From PVC group bacterium (GTDB lineage Bacteria > Omnitrophota > Gorgyraeia > B26-G9): a stretch of 64,000 nt of DNA. Each line of letters starts with the position of its first letter. Position 1 is the first letter of the stretch. Shown here one piece after another: positions 41,562 through 50,787 of the stretch. The notes under the pieces are model-generated. The model saw only the letters and a program-made list of their open reading frames with translations, was not told the DNA's origin and made no database searches. Location of the stretch: positions 12,668-76,667 of the forward strand of contig JAAEQR010000034.1 of the NCBI GenBank assembly GCA_024231215.1. The letters run 5' to 3'. The position numbers were made by a program, and so were the translations under genes.

Positions 41562-42237
41562 CAAACTCGTAAAGGTAAAGAACACAATATTCAATGATGA
41601 AAATTTAATAAAAATAGGGGATCTGTTCTGGACAAAAGAAGACATCCCTGCGTATGAGTATTTAAAAGATAGCCATAAAAGAGAAATGGAAAGTATTCTC
41701 CCACATCTTGTGGGGAATGAAGTTGCCGTTCAAGCTGGCGGTCACTGCGGATTCGTGATCAAAGAATTAGAAGAACATTTCAAAAGGATTTACACTTTTG
41801 AACCGGATAACACAATGTTCCTGGCTCTTTGCTTGAATGTACCAAATAAAAATGTTTATAAGTTTCAAGCCTGTCTGGGGGAAAGACACAAAATGGTTGA
41901 TATGGAAATAAATCCTATCTGCCCTCATGCTGGAGCAAAGTATGTTAAGGGCAGGGGAAATATTCCAATGCTGGTTGTAGATGATCTCGCTTTAGATTGT
42001 TGTGACCTACTGATGCTCGATCTTGAAGGGAATGAGTATAAAGCCGTTCTTGGAGCATCTGAAACAATTCAGAAATTCCACCCCGTATTGTGTGTAGAAA
42101 GATACTGGGGGCCGAGAACAACTGGGCTTCCAGAGTCATTTTTTGACTCCCTCCTGGGCTACTTAAATTATGAATTAGTTGATAGAGTTGGAGAGAACAA
42201 ACAGGATTTTATCTATAAATATAAGGGGGTCAAATGA
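41548..42237 (+). CDS. FkbM-family methyltransferase
   Basis: VAVQAGGHCGFV and LMLDLEGNEYKAVLGA match the Methyltransf_21 (FkbM) core. Confidence 0.6.
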   Translation: MFKDDKLVKVKNTIFNDENLIKIGDLFWTKEDIPAYEYLKDSHKREMESILPHLVGNEVAVQAGGHCGFVIKELEEHFKRIYTFEPDNTMFLALCLNVPNKNVYKFQACLGERHKMVDMEINPICPHAGAKYVKGRGNIPMLVVDDLALDCCDLLMLDLEGNEYKAVLGASETIQKFHPVLCVERYWGPRTTGLPESFFDSLLGYLNYELVDRVGENKQDFIYKYKGVK

Positions 42238-43109
42238 AACCATATGTTGTCGTCACACCCGGCTACAATTCTTTTTGCGGGGGAATAAAAGTATTACATC
42301 GATTAACCCATTTTCTGAACGAGCATGGAATTCCCGCATACTCAACGGCGGGGGGGACTCCGCCGGACTGGAATGTAAGATTCTTAAAAGACCTGACGCC
42401 ATACGAAATGAAAGAAATACAACAAACTGGTATAGCTGTTTATCCGGATGTTGTATGGGGGAACCCTCTTAAATTCAATAACTGTGTCCAGTATGATTTA
42501 CAGCAAATGAGACCGATCCAGTCTAATATGCTTGGTGTCTCGCTGGAGAATTGTTTCGGTTCTAAAGTAAAACCAGATTTGACTATGATGGTAATATACA
42601 TGGAAGACCTGTTTAAGCTTCCGGAGAAAGAAGAAAGAAGAGGAACCTGTTATTATAAAGGGAAAGGAAAAACAGAATGTTCTGATCCGGACTGGTTAAA
42701 TATTGTCAACATAAGCAGAGAAGATCTGGCCAGATTATATCAAACTTCTGAATTATTAGTCTGCGCGGATAATATGACACAGACTACGGTTGAAGCGAGA
42801 TTATGCGGATGCCCTGTAAGGATGATAGAACCCGGTATGTTGTCATGGGAGAATTATCGTAATGATAACTGGGGAATGAACGGGATAATAATAAATGATG
42901 ATAAAACTATTGAACAGGCGGTTTTAGAACTGCCAGCTTTTAAACAGGATTATGATGAAAGGATGAAAAAGAACAGGGAAGAGTTCCTCCAGTTTGTTGA
43001 GGTTACACAAAACAGGCAAGTGGATTATATTCCACTGGAGTTGGCTTTTCATCCAGGGGTATTTGGGATTAGCCCGGAAATAATGAAAATTTTTGGAGAG
43101 AGGGGATAA
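42234..43109 (+). CDS. hypothetical protein (possible glycosyltransferase)
   Basis: 291 aa, ATGA-coupled. Confidence 0.4.
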   Translation: MKPYVVVTPGYNSFCGGIKVLHRLTHFLNEHGIPAYSTAGGTPPDWNVRFLKDLTPYEMKEIQQTGIAVYPDVVWGNPLKFNNCVQYDLQQMRPIQSNMLGVSLENCFGSKVKPDLTMMVIYMEDLFKLPEKEERRGTCYYKGKGKTECSDPDWLNIVNISREDLARLYQTSELLVCADNMTQTTVEARLCGCPVRMIEPGMLSWENYRNDNWGMNGIIINDDKTIEQAVLELPAFKQDYDERMKKNREEFLQFVEVTQNRQVDYIPLELAFHPGVFGISPEIMKIFGERG

Positions 43110-43110
43110 T

Positions 43111-43818
43111 ATGAGTTACCTTGAACTTAGGGGAAAAGTAGAACAGAACAAACAGCCGATCTGCCATGACTCAGTGTTCATTGCTATTTACACCAATAAG
43201 TGTAAAGAATATTGTGATCAAAGATTTTTCAGTAACCTTTTCAGTTCTAATCTCAATCATGCTTCAGTTAATGTTGTTGATAATTCATCTGATATAGAAT
43301 ACACAAAGAAGTTAGAGAAAATTTGCGAGGACAAAGCCAATGTGTATAGGATTGATATAGATGAGAAAAGGAAAGATGTCCGTTTTCTCCGGAATGTTAC
43401 TGAAAGTGTTTTATTATTGAGAGAAAAATTTTTAGAGGGGAATTGGAAATATTTTATTATACTTGAATCCGATGTTCTGCCGAAAGACAATGAATGGTTG
43501 ACTTCTTTTATGGAGGTGACGGATGAAGCCGATATAATCGGCGGGCTTTATTATATGGGGTTTCATGATCCCGGACTATGGCAGGGGGAAATAAGAGTTG
43601 TCCCGACGCACCATGTTCTCTCCGGTTGTACTTTATATAAAAGAGAAGTGATCGAAAAATATCCTTTTCGGTGGAGCGAAGAGAATCTAGGGGCTTTCCC
43701 GGATGCGTACATTTGTTTTGACGCGGGGAATGAATACAGGTTAGCTAATTACACCAAAATCGTGTGTGATCATTTAGAAAAATCTCAGGGGGATAGGGGA
43801 CATGGAAGAATCTCTTAA
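43111..43818 (+). CDS. hypothetical protein (possible GT-A-like glycosyltransferase)
   Basis: Start at MSYLEL with a GGAGAGAGGGGA SD; acidic motif ILESDVLP. Confidence 0.35.
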   Translation: MSYLELRGKVEQNKQPICHDSVFIAIYTNKCKEYCDQRFFSNLFSSNLNHASVNVVDNSSDIEYTKKLEKICEDKANVYRIDIDEKRKDVRFLRNVTESVLLLREKFLEGNWKYFIILESDVLPKDNEWLTSFMEVTDEADIIGGLYYMGFHDPGLWQGEIRVVPTHHVLSGCTLYKREVIEKYPFRWSEENLGAFPDAYICFDAGNEYRLANYTKIVCDHLEKSQGDRGHGRIS

Positions 43819-44245
43819 TAAAAAAGAAAAGTTTTTTGAGTCTGAAACAAAAAGGTTTATAGAGTATTTCGGCTTAAAAAACTGGGAAATAGAAATTTGC
43901 CGAACGGAGTCCGATGATTCTCGGGCTTCCTGTATTGCGAGAGAATCATTTGACGGTTCTTTGTCTGACAGGCTGGCTTTAATTCAATATGATAAGGAAT
44001 GGATAAATAGCGAAATTCCTTATGAAGAAATATCAAGGTCTGCATTCCACGAAGTTATGGAAATCCTTTTAATGGTTTTGCGGAATTATAATAAATATCG
44101 GGACAAGCATCTTTCATACGGAACCATAGATTCAGAGGTACATAATATAATAAGAACGCTTGAGAATACAATATATGAGGATTTTTTAAAACCAAAAATA
44201 AGGAAGAAAAATGGCAACAAAAAACATAGAAAGTCAAACTCGTAG
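43802..44245 (+). CDS. hypothetical protein
   Basis: 147 aa, last gene of the coupled block. Confidence 0.45.
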   Translation: MEESLNKKEKFFESETKRFIEYFGLKNWEIEICRTESDDSRASCIARESFDGSLSDRLALIQYDKEWINSEIPYEEISRSAFHEVMEILLMVLRNYNKYRDKHLSYGTIDSEVHNIIRTLENTIYEDFLKPKIRKKNGNKKHRKSNS

Positions 44246-44786
44246 AGGCCCTTTTGGTGGCGCTCCCGGTCAGGGCAGACCTCCAAAAAGCAAACAGTTA
44301 AAAAACTATGACAAAGCTTTAAAAATTCTTGATGATAATATCGAGAAGGCTTTAGGGGTGTTGGTTGATGGTTTAGAAGCAACAAAAGATATTTACAATA
44401 AAAGCGGAGAAATAATTGCAGAAGATGTTCCAGATAATTATTACCGATTTAATTGTGCTTGTGTGCTAATCAAGAAGGTACTTCCTGATAAAAAGGCAAA
44501 GGAAATCACTGGCCCCGGCGGGGCGCCACTATTACCAACTACTGTTATCGACCGGAGGAAAGTTGTTATGAACATTGTCCGGAAACTTGATGAACTGGAT
44601 CTGGATGAAGTGAAGGAAATGCAGGAAAAGGGTGATTTTAAATTATTTAAAGATGCCGATTATGTGATCGAAGAAGAGGCAGAGGAAGAGAATAATAATG
44701 CTGGAAACAGAATCTCAGAAGACATCGGAAGAGCTACAGAGGGAGAAGCGGAAGAAGAGGTGGAAAGAGCGGAAGAAGAAGATTGA
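44211..44786 (+). CDS. putative terminase small subunit / DNA-binding protein
   Basis: 191 aa, basic N-terminus, acidic C-terminal tail, immediately upstream of the large terminase. Confidence 0.35.
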   Translation: MATKNIESQTRRGPFGGAPGQGRPPKSKQLKNYDKALKILDDNIEKALGVLVDGLEATKDIYNKSGEIIAEDVPDNYYRFNCACVLIKKVLPDKKAKEITGPGGAPLLPTTVIDRRKVVMNIVRKLDELDLDEVKEMQEKGDFKLFKDADYVIEEEAEEENNNAGNRISEDIGRATEGEAEEEVERAEEED

Positions 44787-46338
44787 TGCCGGGGAAGATC
44801 CGAAAGATTTAAAAACTTTTGAAAGGGCTCAAAAGGCTGTTGAACTTCTTCGGATGGATTTCGCAGCAGGGAAAGAAATCCTGGAGGAGTATGAAAGAGA
44901 AGCTTTAACAGCTGTTGTTGTTAAAAAGTGTACAGATGATTTTTATTACTTCTGTAAGTATATATTGGGGAATGATTTGATGATGAGGGAGCCTCATCGT
45001 AGATGGTGTGATGATCATCAAAAAACTGTTTTGGCAAACACAAAACGTGTTATGAGATTAAAGCCGCGTAAGACATTTAAGACTACAATTTATGGACTTG
45101 GCTTTTTATTATGGGCTTGGGGCTGTGTCAGTCATGAAATAAGATTTTTCTATACCTCTTCCAACAAACTGCTTTTAGACGAAGTTGCGGATGGGCTGTC
45201 TCAATATATTGGTACAGAGAAAAATGAGACTTTTTATTCATATCTGTTCGGAGTAACTAAAGACCCGGAAGCCAAGAATACAAGCGATGTTATGAATGTT
45301 CAAGGGAGAGAGGGAAAAGGTTTTTCTCTTATCCTTAGAACTTCCGGGGGAAGCACAGTTGGTATTCACCCAAATGTAATCATTATAGATGACCCTGTCG
45401 GGGAAGATGACCGGAAATATGAGAGTGAACGAAAATCAAAGGAATTATGGTTTGATACACTGCAACCTCTTCTGGTTTCTTTCTATGATGTTAAGACCGG
45501 GATAGAATTTGAATCAATTTTTTACATAGGGACAAGGTGGCACTTAAGAGATTTAGTCTGGCATATACAAGAGGAATTAGTAAAGAAAAAAGGTCAGGTT
45601 TGGGATATAGAATCTGAATCAATAACGAAGGACGGTACTCCCACTGGTGAACCATCCTATCCCGATTTTATGCCAGCAGAAAAGATCAAAGAATTCCGTA
45701 TAAGTATGTCAGAAGAGTTCTTCGCAGCACAAGAACTTAACAACCCAATTGCCCAGGGGATGATTGTTTTTGATTTAGGGAAACTGCACTTTATTCGTCA
45801 GGAACAGTTTGACGCGATAAAATTGTACGGAAAAATCATCTGTGCTTTTGACCCTGCACTGGGGAAGGCCTCTGGTGATTACCCCGCAGTATGGTTCATT
45901 CATTATTACAATGATACAATCACTTTCTTTGACGCAATTGATAAAAAAATAGAAATAGCTTTACTCGTTCATCAAATCGCCTCTAAAAATAAATTATACG
46001 GGTGTCGGACTTTAGTGTATGAAGACAACAATGCAATGCTTATCGGTCAAAGTCTGGAGAAAGCGCACAAAAGAATAAACCACAAAATAGTATTAGACCC
46101 AGTTCACCATGGGAGCGGCAGCAATAAGAGAGAAAGAATTGTTTCCTGTCAGGACGTATTGTATAGTGGCGTAGCTCAGTTTATGAATGATTATGAGAAC
46201 AGATACCCGGAGGCTATGAATCAAGTAGCTTTTTACGGGGCTTATGGTCACGATGATTTTCCGGATGCAATGGAGATGGGAATCAGTTACTTAAACCAAG
46301 AACATTTTAAATTTGTCAGGCACGAAGAATGTCTTTAA
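44698..46338 (+). CDS. terminase large subunit
   Basis: ATPase: LKPRKTFKTT and IIIDDPVGEDD; nuclease: ICAFDPALGKASGDYPAVWF and GHDDFPDAME; N-terminal extent uncertain (overlaps upstream ORF). Confidence 0.75.
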   Translation: MLETESQKTSEELQREKRKKRWKERKKKIDAGEDPKDLKTFERAQKAVELLRMDFAAGKEILEEYEREALTAVVVKKCTDDFYYFCKYILGNDLMMREPHRRWCDDHQKTVLANTKRVMRLKPRKTFKTTIYGLGFLLWAWGCVSHEIRFFYTSSNKLLLDEVADGLSQYIGTEKNETFYSYLFGVTKDPEAKNTSDVMNVQGREGKGFSLILRTSGGSTVGIHPNVIIIDDPVGEDDRKYESERKSKELWFDTLQPLLVSFYDVKTGIEFESIFYIGTRWHLRDLVWHIQEELVKKKGQVWDIESESITKDGTPTGEPSYPDFMPAEKIKEFRISMSEEFFAAQELNNPIAQGMIVFDLGKLHFIRQEQFDAIKLYGKIICAFDPALGKASGDYPAVWFIHYYNDTITFFDAIDKKIEIALLVHQIASKNKLYGCRTLVYEDNNAMLIGQSLEKAHKRINHKIVLDPVHHGSGSNKRERIVSCQDVLYSGVAQFMNDYENRYPEAMNQVAFYGAYGHDDFPDAMEMGISYLNQEHFKFVRHEECL

Positions 46339-46363
46339 CCTGACAGAAAAAAGGGGGATGAAG

Positions 46364-46642
46364 ATGTCTTTTAAAACAAGAGAAGAACAAAAATGTTTCG
46401 GAGAGAGTAGGTCTAAGGCAGCCAAGAAAGTTACAAAGAAAAAAGAGGAACTGTCAGCTGCTCTCGTAGAGGCTTTGGGGGGCGAGGGGTTACAGTCTTT
46501 AATAGATAACCAGACCTCCGCAGTTTGTACAGGATTTAGTAACAAAGATGGAGTTCCCGTAGTGGTGTTTTTTACCGGGAAATATCTGCTCATGGAGAAA
46601 GATAAAAAATATGCCCATGTAGCGGGTAGCAGGGGGTTTTAA
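46364..46642 (+). CDS. hypothetical basic protein
   Basis: Start MSFKTREEQ with a GGGGGA SD (track ORF 46313..46642). Confidence 0.4.
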   Translation: MSFKTREEQKCFGESRSKAAKKVTKKKEELSAALVEALGGEGLQSLIDNQTSAVCTGFSNKDGVPVVVFFTGKYLLMEKDKKYAHVAGSRGF

Positions 46643-47905
46643 ATGCCCTATTCAAATGAGAGACTGCAAGAGATCTATAACTATTCTCGGGAGCATGGAG
46701 AGAATGAAACATGTGCTTTCTTTAAGATAAAACACGAAACCCTTTCTCGCACAATAAGAGAATACCATATCAGGTTTAAAACCAGAGAGGGACAGGATCA
46801 ATATGATTATAGTCAAAAAGAAAAGCATAATTTTCAGAAAGTAGTAAATAATGGAGCAATGGAACTTTCTTTAAAAACCCATGAGATAAAGACGATAGAT
46901 GAATTGCTTGCCTACGCGGAAATCGACACTGATCTGTGGGAAGTCTGGAAGAGTACAACAAACGTGTGGGGTTCTTCTGTTAACCCAAACTATCAGGTTA
47001 AAGCATGGCTTAAAAGAAAGACATGTGAGATAGATATTAAAAAAATCTGTTCAGAGGTTATCGAAAGGATAGGCAAATACAGTAAACCATCCAAGATCAA
47101 ACGGAAACTGGACAAAGAAGGGTTTCTATGGGAGGTTGGACTCATTGACCACCATGTAGGGCAACTCAGTTATGATAAGGAAGTCGGAGAGGACTATGAT
47201 GTAGATATAGCCATGCGAATAGCGAAAGAGGCTGTTGAATTTTTATGTGACAAGATTACTCCTTACAAAATAAACAAGGTTTTGTATATAATCGGAAACG
47301 ACTATTTGAATGTTGCATCTTCAGATAATACTACTACTGGAGGAACAACCCAGGATGAAGACGGAAGGTATCACAGGTCTTTCATGTGCGGTGTAGATAT
47401 TCATGTAGACGCCATCAACAGGCTTAAGAAGGTTGCGGATGTTCATGTTCTCCAGGTTCCCGGAAACCATTCAACGGAACGGGAATTTTATTTAGGATCT
47501 GTTCTACAAGCGTGGTACAGGGGAGATGAGAATGTTCTTATAGATAACAGCCCGATGTCAAGAAAATATTACAGGTATGGAAGTAACCTGTTGGGCTTTG
47601 CCCACGGGGACAAGAATCTAAAACTTGACAGACTGCTCGGCTTAATGCCGTTGGAGGCGAAGAAGGATTGGCCTCTGGCAAGTAACTATGAATGGCATTT
47701 GGGACATCTCCACCATGACGCGAAGATGCAGCATAATTTAAAGTCAGAGAGGGGGATAAAAATCAGAAGGCTAAACACTTTAATACCCTTAGATGCGTAT
47801 CACTATAATGCTGGCTATGTAAGAATAAGAGAAACACAGTCTTTTCTGTGGCACCCGACCTTGGGTGACATGGTTCATATCAATTACAGGATAAAGGAGA
47901 ATTAG
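46643..47905 (+). CDS. metallophosphoesterase-domain protein (Mre11/SbcD-like?)
   Basis: YIIGNDYLN, VPGNHSTE, GFAHGD, HLGHLHHD: MPP motifs; N-terminal HTH-like region. Confidence 0.45.
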   Translation: MPYSNERLQEIYNYSREHGENETCAFFKIKHETLSRTIREYHIRFKTREGQDQYDYSQKEKHNFQKVVNNGAMELSLKTHEIKTIDELLAYAEIDTDLWEVWKSTTNVWGSSVNPNYQVKAWLKRKTCEIDIKKICSEVIERIGKYSKPSKIKRKLDKEGFLWEVGLIDHHVGQLSYDKEVGEDYDVDIAMRIAKEAVEFLCDKITPYKINKVLYIIGNDYLNVASSDNTTTGGTTQDEDGRYHRSFMCGVDIHVDAINRLKKVADVHVLQVPGNHSTEREFYLGSVLQAWYRGDENVLIDNSPMSRKYYRYGSNLLGFAHGDKNLKLDRLLGLMPLEAKKDWPLASNYEWHLGHLHHDAKMQHNLKSERGIKIRRLNTLIPLDAYHYNAGYVRIRETQSFLWHPTLGDMVHINYRIKEN

Positions 47906-48187
47906 ATGGAAGACAGCATTGGAAAGCAGATAGAAGGTGTCGGAACGGAACTGATAAAATTTGTACAAGAGAAGAACAGGCGATACGGGAACAGTGGGTT
48001 AGACCCGTTCAGAGTTTTCAGTAAGCTTTCTCCCCGGGAAGGGTTTAATCTTCGGATGGATGATAAAATATCCAGGATTAAAAACTCCGACGTTCTAAGA
48101 AAGAATGATGTTGTCGATTTGATGGGGTATTTAATGCTGGTGTGTATCAACGAAGGCTGGATAAAGTTTGATGATTTATTAGATTAA
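47906..48187 (+). CDS. hypothetical protein
   Basis: 93-aa ORF. Confidence 0.45.
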   Translation: MEDSIGKQIEGVGTELIKFVQEKNRRYGNSGLDPFRVFSKLSPREGFNLRMDDKISRIKNSDVLRKNDVVDLMGYLMLVCINEGWIKFDDLLD

Positions 48188-48252
48188 ACAAAATAAATAA
48201 ATGATAACAAATGGTTTAATTTAAAAAAGTAACACGAATCTGAAAAAAGTAT

Positions 48253-48282
48253 TTGACAAACTTTTTTAAATTGTGTATATAA
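48253..48282 (+). promoter_or_regulatory. promoter AAAAAAGTA-TTTGACA-17-TATATA (portal operon)
   Basis: TTGACA 48253-48258, a 17-nt spacer ending TTGTG, TATATAAAG 48276-48284. Confidence 0.55.
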
Positions 48283-48316
48283 AGAGTAATTTTGGCTCTC
48301 AAAACTTGCTCTTTGT

Positions 48317-49879
48317 GTGTTAATCGACGGCCTTACGATACAAGGCAAACCTCGCGTAGCCCGGCGATACAGGGCCATTTTTCTTAAGAAATATATCTAT
48401 AGAATGGCCATAAACAAATACGATACATTATTCACAATAAGACACCCTGAATTAAAGAAGCGCGAAAACAACTGGCAGCTTATTTATCATTCCTATGTTG
48501 GCGGCGTTGAATATTCTGAAGCCGGATATTTAATTAAATATCCAAAAGAGAGTATGGGAAGTTTTACTAAGAGGAAAGAAAGGGCAGTCTATTTTAATCA
48601 GATGTCTCCCATCGTTGATATGATCTCCGGGATGTTGTTCCTGAACAAGCCGACCAGAGAGATCCCTCAAGAACTTAAATACTTTGAAACATCAATTACA
48701 CCTTCTGGCGATAAAAACCTGAACGAATTTATGCGCCTCGTTGCTGCGTATTCATTTATGTTCACATGCGGAGTACTGATAGACTCCCCCGAGTTTGACC
48801 CGGAAGAAGTAAAAACAAAAAAAGACAGGGTGGATAATAAACTTAATCCATATTCTGTTTTATATCTCCCTTTTAAAATAAGGGATTTTTATGTAAATGA
48901 AGAAAGCGGAGAACTTGAATGGATTTTATTGGATAACTCCTACATAGATCATAGTGACCCGTTTTTAAAAAGCGAAAATATATATAAGTACACTCTCTGG
49001 GACAGAGAAAAAGCTGTCGATTATACAAGAAGGGGTGAAAGAAACGAAGTTCTCCCCGGGGAAGAAAGATATCATAACCTGGGTTTTGTTCCTTTTAGAT
49101 TTGTTTCATGGAGAGATGACAACAGTGATTTTATAGCCGAGACAGTCTGCGAAGACATAGCAATGGTTTCTAAACTTATATACAACAATATGAGTTACAT
49201 GGATGAAATGCTTGCTTCTGGTACTTTTAAAATGCTTGCTTACCCGACAAAAGATGGGAGTACCCCAGATGAATTGTCACAAGGAGGTGTTGGCCCGTTA
49301 TCCATCCTTCCTTATGATCTGATAAGTCACACTGAGCCTAGCTTTATCGGTGCTGAGTTATCCGGAATAGATCCTTTTGTAAAAGCTATAAATTTTTATA
49401 TGACTGAAATTCTTAAAAAAGTCGGTTTATCTACAGATGAGATGAAGGAATTTGTTAAATCTGGTACAGCTAAACGAATCGATATGGAGAAAATGCGGGC
49501 TCTTCTTACTTCCGGCGCGATGATGATGAGTAAGTTGGAAGAATGGATGATGTTTACCGCAGCTAAATGGGAAGGGAAGTCTGTTGATGGAAGAGTTGAT
49601 TACACATCATCTTTCTCAGATGAAGACCTTGAAACTGAAGTTACACTATTAACAGGCCTACTGGTTCATCCAGTTAAAAGTTTGAAGATAGAAGTCCTCA
49701 GTCTCCTTGTTCGGAAACTGCTCGGCAACTACCTTGAACCAGAAGTTCTGGAAAGTATTCAAAAAGATATAGAAACGAATACCGTTATTAAAACAGATGA
49801 TTTTGCCCCTCAAAATACACAAGGGGTGGCAAATAAAATTTTAAATAAACCACAGGAGAAAGTAGCAAATGAAGCCTAA
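48317..49879 (+). CDS. putative portal protein
   Basis: About 490-520 aa, first gene after the terminase block, followed by scaffold and capsid genes; the likely start is MAINKYD at 48404. Confidence 0.45.
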   Translation: MLIDGLTIQGKPRVARRYRAIFLKKYIYRMAINKYDTLFTIRHPELKKRENNWQLIYHSYVGGVEYSEAGYLIKYPKESMGSFTKRKERAVYFNQMSPIVDMISGMLFLNKPTREIPQELKYFETSITPSGDKNLNEFMRLVAAYSFMFTCGVLIDSPEFDPEEVKTKKDRVDNKLNPYSVLYLPFKIRDFYVNEESGELEWILLDNSYIDHSDPFLKSENIYKYTLWDREKAVDYTRRGERNEVLPGEERYHNLGFVPFRFVSWRDDNSDFIAETVCEDIAMVSKLIYNNMSYMDEMLASGTFKMLAYPTKDGSTPDELSQGGVGPLSILPYDLISHTEPSFIGAELSGIDPFVKAINFYMTEILKKVGLSTDEMKEFVKSGTAKRIDMEKMRALLTSGAMMMSKLEEWMMFTAAKWEGKSVDGRVDYTSSFSDEDLETEVTLLTGLLVHPVKSLKIEVLSLLVRKLLGNYLEPEVLESIQKDIETNTVIKTDDFAPQNTQGVANKILNKPQEKVANEA

Positions 49880-50717
49880 AATTAAAAAGTACCCTGAATA
49901 TTTCTCGATGAGACCAGGGGAAGAGAATCAATTGCATTTTGATCTTCAACGTCATAATGAAGGTGAAGGTGAAGGTGAGGGGGAAGGCGAAGGGACTGAA
50001 AATCTTGTAGATTTTACTGATCCGGAAACCAAAGAATCTCTTCAAATTCCTGCTGAGATCCAGAAAGTTATTGGTCATGTTATTTCAGCAACAAGGAAGA
50101 AAACTGAATCCGAGTATTCTTCTTTGACAGAGAAGATAGAAAAACTCCAGAATGAAAATGAGGAGATTGATTCTGTTAAAGACGAACTGGAAAAGATGAA
50201 GATGGAAAAGATGACTGCTGAAGAAAAAGCGGAAGCTAATGCGAAGAAGGTCATCAAAGACTATGAAAAAACAATGAAGACTGCCCAGGCAGAAAGGGAC
50301 AATTGGAAGACACTTTTTGAAGAAACCACGATAAGGAATGAAATAATGTCTTCTTTCGCCGGGAATCAACTCTGCAATCCTGAACAGGTTGCTATCCTCC
50401 TTGAAAGAGAAGGAACTGCACATATCGAAGAAAAAGTTGATTCTGAGGGCAAGCCCACAGGGAAATACGAAACAAGAATTACCCTTTCTATCGAAGACGA
50501 TAAAGGGAATTATGATGTCCTTGACGGTACCCCGAAAGAATTGTTTAGTAAATGGATAAAGATGGATGTAAATAGTCATCATCTTCAAAATGATTTAAAG
50601 CCTGGAGCAGGCTCAGGGCATAAAATTAAAATGCCTGACGGGAAAAAAGTTGATCTTTCACAGATTGAGAATCCTGTTGAAAGAATGAATATTGAAAGAG
50701 AGAGAAGTGGTAAATAG
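49869..50717 (+). CDS. putative scaffolding protein
   Basis: E/K-rich coiled coil (EKIEKLQNENEEIDSVKDELEKMKMEK); sits between portal and capsid. Confidence 0.45.
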   Translation: MKPKIKKYPEYFSMRPGEENQLHFDLQRHNEGEGEGEGEGEGTENLVDFTDPETKESLQIPAEIQKVIGHVISATRKKTESEYSSLTEKIEKLQNENEEIDSVKDELEKMKMEKMTAEEKAEANAKKVIKDYEKTMKTAQAERDNWKTLFEETTIRNEIMSSFAGNQLCNPEQVAILLEREGTAHIEEKVDSEGKPTGKYETRITLSIEDDKGNYDVLDGTPKELFSKWIKMDVNSHHLQNDLKPGAGSGHKIKMPDGKKVDLSQIENPVERMNIERERSGK

Positions 50718-50787
50718 TTTTTATATTTAAAGTGAGAGCAGACATAGAGCCAGATAATTATTATGTGAAAACATAGGAGGATTATAC

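Noticed and set aside
49960-49995. GAAGGT(GAAGGT)n repeat encoding GEGEGEGEG in the scaffold gene
   Set aside because: It is a short low-complexity coding repeat, common in scaffold or linker regions. It is not judged functionally informative.
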